Assembly (NCBI RefSeq): GCF_963676685.1
Contig: NC_092349.1
Location: 77,004,001-77,068,000, forward strand
Source of the DNA: Mytilus edulis
Taxonomy: Eukaryota
Direction: 5' to 3'
Length of the DNA: 64,000 nt
In this document: in pieces, positions 58,904-64,000 of the stretch
Numbering within the stretch: the stretch's first letter is position 1
Layout: each line of letters begins with the position of its first letter
Notes under the pieces: generated by a model
The model's database searches: none
Seen by the model: only the letters and a program-made list of their open reading frames with translations
Told to the model about the DNA's origin: nothing
Program-made: the position numbers and the translations under genes

Positions 58904-61900
58904 ATGCCTATTGTGCAGGTGACAACTAGTCTAAATAAAGGACTGATTCCTACAGAATTTGCCAAGAAATTTTCGGCGTTTCTTGCTGAGACCTTGGACA
59001 AGCCAATCGAGGTAGGTATTAATATAACCAAGAACTTATACCTGTGAATTATACATTATGCTCGCCCCTTTTTGTTAATTAACCATGTTAACCGATTTTG
59101 ATACTTGATTTTTGCACTTCACATTTTATATTGATTAACTATATAACTTTGCCTTAATTAGACAAACTCTGAAACTGAATAACTATTCTTAGGTGTGTAA
59201 GATTGATTGATTGTTAAATGCTTAACGTCCAGTGGCAAACAGTGGCGGATCCAGAAATTTTCATAAGTGGGGGCCCACTGGCTGCCTTAGAGGGGGCCCG
59301 ATCTCGTCACGCTTCAGTGATTCCCTATAAAAGCAACAACAAAATTTCTCAAAGGGGGGGGGGGCGGGCCCCCTGCCCCCCCCCCCCCCCCCCCAAATCC
59401 GCCTCTGGCAAATATTTCATGCATATTCAGGACAAAGGTGCGTAGGATATAACGTGATGAAATGTCTCCAAAGTCATGTGGTTACTGTATCAATATACAG
59501 TTGTTGATTTATTTTTACGCTATATAACACTGTCACTGTGGGTTCAATTTATCGATTTACTCGAAACAGTTTGAACAGGGACGATATTTTCTTAGATTGT
59601 TGTCTAAGTTTAGTGCTCTTGATAAACATTTACTCTAGGGGTATTTTCTTATCACTGTACAGGTCTCTGCCTGGTTATGTTGATCAGCGTCTTATTCAGA
59701 CTTTTAATAACATGAATTACTGTAATCATTTATTGCATCTTCCATTTAAGCCTTATCTTAACAATATGTGCATGTAAATCTTTTTGTACAAAAGATAACA
59801 GTAGTAATCACCTGTGGTGCGTTAGTGTGTAAATCTTCTCTTTCAGAAGATAACACTGGTAATTACCTGTTATGCTTTAGTTTGTAGGTTTTCCCTTTCA
59901 GAAGATAACAGAAATAATCACTAGTAATGCTTTAGTTTGTAAGTCTTCTCTTACAGAAGATAACATAAGTAATCACCAGTGATGCTTTAGTTTGTATGTC
60001 TTCTCTTACAGAAGATAACAGTAGTAATCACCTGTGATATGTTAGTTTGTAAATCTTCTCTTTCAGAAGATAACAGTAGTAATCACCTGTGATATTTTAG
60101 TTTTTAAACCTTCTCTTACAGAAGATAACACTAGTAATCACCTGTGATGCTTTAGTGTGTAATCTTCTCTTTCAGAAGATAACAGTTGTAATCACCACCT
60201 GTGATTACTTAAGTTTGTCAATCTCTCTTCTAGGAGATAACAGTTAGTAATTGCCTATGATGCTTTAATATGTAGTTCTTCCTTTTCAGAAGATAGCTGA
60301 TGCAATCACCGGTTACTGTTTTAGTCTGTAAATATTCTCTTTCAGAAGATAACAAAAGAAATCATCTTTGAAGTTTGATGCTTTAGTTTGTAAATCTTCG
60401 CTTACAGAAGATAACAGTAGTAATCACCTTTGATGTTTTAATTTGTAAATCCCCTCTTTCAGAAGATAACAGTAGTAATCACCTTTGATCCTTTAGTTTG
60501 TAAATCTTCTCTTACAGAGGATAACATTTGTAATCACTTACGGTGCTTTAGGTTGTAAATCTTCTCTTTCAGAAGATAACATTCGTAATCACCTTTGATC
60601 CTTTAGTTTGTAAATCTTCTCTTTCAGAAGATAACATTTGTAATCACTTACGGTGCTTTAGTTTGTAAATCCCCTCTTTCAGAAGATAACAGTAGTAATC
60701 ACCTTTGATCCTTTAGTTTGTAAATCTTCTCTTTCAGAAGATAACATTTGTAATCACTTACGGTGCTTTAGTTTGTAAATCCCCTCTTTCAGAAGATAAC
60801 ATTCGTAATCACCTTTGATCCTTTAGTTTGTAAATCTTCTCTTTCAGAAGATAACATTTGTAATCACTTATGGTGCTTTAGTTTGTAAATCCCCTCTTTC
60901 AGAAGATAACATTCGTAATCACCTTTGATCCTTTAGTTTGTAAATCTTCTCTTTCAGAAGATAACATTTGTAATCACTTACGGTGCTTTAGGTTGTAAAT
61001 CTTCTCTTACAGAAGATAACATTTGTAATCACTTACGGTGCTTTAGTTTGTAAATGTTCTCTTTCAGAAGATAACATTCGTAATCACCTTTGATCCTTTA
61101 GTTTGTAAATCTTCTCTTTCAGAAGATAACATTTGTAATCACTTACGGTGCTTTAGGTTGTAAATCTTCTCTTACAGAAGATAACATTTGTAATCACTTA
61201 CGGTGCTTTAGTTTGTAAATCTTCTCTTTCAGAAGATAACATTCGTAATCACCTTTGATCCTTTAGTTTGTAAATCTTCTCTTTCAGAAGATAACATTTG
61301 TAATCACTTACGATGCTTTAGGTTGTAAATCTTCTCTTTCAGAAGATAACATTTGTAATCACTTACGATGCTTTAGGTTGTAAATCTTCTCTTTCAGAAG
61401 ATAACATTCGTAATCACCTTTGATCCTTTAGTTTGTAAATCTTCTCTTTCAGAAGATAACATTTGTAATCACTTACGATGCTTTAGGTTGTAAATCTTCT
61501 CTTTCAGAAGATAACATTTGTAATCACTTACGATGCTTTAGGTTGTAAATCTTCTCTTTCAGAAGATAACATTTGTAATCACTTACGATGCTTTAGTTTG
61601 TAAATCTTCTCTTTCAGAAGATAACATTTGTAATCACTTACGATGCTTTAGTTTGTAAATCTTCTCTTTCAGAAGATAACATTTGTAATCACTTACGATG
61701 CTTTAGTTTGTAAATCTTCTCTTTCAGAAGATAACATTTGTAATCACTTACGATGCTTTAGTTTGTAAATCTTCTCTTACAGAAGGTAACATTCGTAATC
61801 ACCTGTGATCCTTAATGTGTAAATCTTCTCTTACAGAAGATAACAGTTATAATAACCTATGATGCTTAAATTTGTTAATTTTCTCTTTCAGATGATAACA

Positions 61901-62991
61901 GTAGTAATCACCAGTGAAGCTTTAGTTTGTAAATTTTCTCTTACAGAAAATAACACTAGTAATCACCTGTGATGCCTTAGTTTGTAATGCTGGAGACGAA
62001 TCACCGTTCATGCTGATCTCAATCATATCCATCGCGAGATTTAACGAGAAAGACAATCCAGGATATACAGACAAAATTACTACCTTTGTTAAGGAAGAAA
62101 CCAAATTACCTGGAAACAAGTATGACGTTAATTACAGCTTTTTTAGCAATTTCTTTATCTCAATTTTATAGAATGTATGTTACCTATCATGTTAAAACAT
62201 TTGCCCTGTCCACATACGCTAGGTGAAGGATGAGAAATTTGTTTCATTGTTAATATCATCAGTCGATTTTTTTTTGTGTACCTACCACATACTTGCACTT
62301 TCTTAGTTTGTCTTAGTAATACCTCGTTTTTGGAGAATGTAATAACTTTGACATGATCCATTTAACATACCAAAACCTTATTTTTAAATTGAATTACAAA
62401 TGCAAACAATGGAAAAAAATATTATCCACATCCTGTACTCAAGGCCCTGCCAACTTGGCAAAAATGTGTTTTCAGAATTTAATCTTGTGGAAGATGTTAA
62501 AGAAAAGTACGAGTAATTGATACTCGGATTGATAGCTGCGTATTTAATGTCCAATGCTAAATACTTCAGACATATTTAGGACGAAAACAAATCGACAAAA
62601 GTAAAGTGAGTCGACTGGATTTCAGAGCGATGAAATTGAACAATATCTGTTGTTTCATTAATAATACATCATTCTATTAGAAAATGATTTAATGTAGCTA
62701 CTTAAACGTACAATGGAAAGAATTTTCAAGACCAACAATTTACTAGAGTTGCACAGGCATAACAAGTCCAAACAAACAGGCAGGTAAAAGAAACCCGTTC
62801 GCAAGCCATTTCTAAAATATTGATGTTTTTGGGACTTTTTTTATAACGTATATTATTGTTGCATATAAAGCGAATTATTCTGATGAATGAACATATTTGT
62901 GATATTTGTATAGAAAAACCTATTTCTTTGTTTTAGGGTACAGATTGTTTATACAGATCTTCAACCGCACATGGCGGGTAAAGGGAAATGA
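58904..62991 (+). CDS. MIF: MIF / D-dopachrome tautomerase family protein, 111 aa; exons 58904-59011, 61947-62119, 62937-62991
   Basis: MPIVQVTTSLNKGLIPTEFAKKFSAFLAETLDKPIE|KITLVITCDALVCNAGDESPFMLISIISIARFNEKDNPGYTDKITTFVKEETKLPGNK|VQIVYTDLQPHMAGKGK*. Catalytic Pro1, Lys32 and Ser63-Ile64 are in register; coding exon sizes of 108 and 173 nt match the canonical MIF gene structure. MIF versus DDT subfamily not resolved. AATAAA at 63024 and ~63133. Confidence 0.9.
59240..59408. mobile_element. MITE of the same family, in MIF intron 1
   Basis: ggcaaa|cagtggcggat...atccgcctctg|gcaaa; inserted in a short repeat whose empty form (cttaacgtccagtggcaaatgtttcatgcat) is at ~16593. Confidence 0.8.
59773..61990. 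repeat. 55-bp tandem satellite, ~40 copies, derived from the MIF intron 1/exon 2 junction
   Basis: Unit gtaaatcttctctttcag|AAGATAACATTTGTAATCACTTACGATGCTTTAGTTT; the last unit (ttttctcttacag|AAAATAACACTAGTAATCACCTGTGATGCCTTAGTTTGTAA...) runs directly into MIF exon 2 coding sequence. Confidence 0.95.
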
Positions 62992-63279
62992 AGAAAACAA
63001 CATATTTATGATACTAACTACACAATAAACAGAATACAATATGTATGACTTTAACCTTGATAATCATGTTTGAAACACTTACTTATACTAATAAACACTA
63101 ACACATGTAGAATATTATAATTTTGTTTTATCAATAAATTTATTTATAAAGTTTAAATCAATTATACACATTTGACTATAATATATATGTTTTGGGTGTG
63201 ATATGTCATCCTCCAACAATATGATACAACAGTACAGACAAGAAAAGGCTGCTGTCAAGTTTAAGATCGGGAGGATTTT

Positions 63280-63955
63280 TCCCTTGGACAAATGAATTCT
63301 AAAGTTTTCTTAAAACTGTTTGTAATAAAACATTTAAATCCATCCTCCATTACCTATATTTATCTACACGTTTCATCTTTCATCTATACTGAATACATAT
63401 TGTATTATATGTTTCTGATAACGTATAGTAGTCTCAGATAGGACAGATCGAATATGAAGAAAACAACGTACAGCTATCACTATAGCTATAATACTAAGAG
63501 AGAAATGAATAAGAATTACATTAGATTAATTAAAAAAAACATTACAGTGAGTGAACTATAAACAAAGAGAAACTTTGAAAACAAAAAGAACGAGGAGGTT
63601 AACCCATGTTCCGGTCGCATCTCAGTGGCGGATCTAGAAATTTTCATAACTGCCATAAGAAGGGACACGCTTTAGTGGTCCCTAATTAGTAATGAACCAA
63701 TTTTCCCCACCTACCCACCCCAACACAACCTCCGCCCCAATCCGTCTATGCATCTATTAAAGCTACTGTTTTAGATTTGAAAGCTGATAAAGCATTCCTA
63801 TCGCGGAAAGCAAATGATGTTTTATATAATTTTATTCAGTTTAAATGAAAGATAAAACGTGTAGATACATATAGGTAATGGAGGATGGATTTAAATGTTT
63901 TATTACAAACAGTTTAACTTTTAGGAAAACTTGTAGATTTCATTCGTCAAAGTGA
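63280..63955. mobile_element. Foldback-like element with ~120-bp inverted arms
   Basis: aaactgtttgtaataaaacatttaaatccatcctccattacctat (63313-) is the reverse complement of ataggtaatggaggatggatttaaatgttttattacaaacagttt (63871-63915). Confidence 0.75.
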
Positions 63956-64000
63956 AAACGAACCTTATAAATGCTTAAATACCTGTCGAAGGATTTGTCT

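Overview
AT-rich, intron-rich animal genomic DNA. The dispersed repeat families resemble those I associate with mussels (Mytilus-like bivalve); this is an inference, not a database match. Nearly all entries in the ORF track are spurious or isolated exon fragments. Manual splicing gives six intact protein-coding genes: a fatty-acid-binding protein (+, 4 exons), two head-to-head secreted two-domain Kazal proteins (- and +, 4 exons each), selenoprotein H (+, 3 exons, in-frame TGA in a CxxU motif plus a clear type II SECIS), a C11orf54 homologue (-, 9 exons) and a MIF/DDT-family tautomerase (+, 3 exons). The first ~17 kb carries a probable spliced non-coding or decayed minus-strand transcription unit with an internal ~2.7 kb duplication. 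The most unusual structures are: (1) a ~40-copy 55-bp satellite in MIF intron 1 whose unit is the intron-1 acceptor plus the first codons of exon 2, with the last unit being the real exon start; (2) a 355-bp retrozyme-like tandem repeat with minimal hammerhead ribozymes, all carrying G8A, split by a 3.15-kb Helitron-like insertion; (3) a 67-bp satellite in SelH intron 2 containing two possible 15-nt in-frame TGT-TGA microexons.
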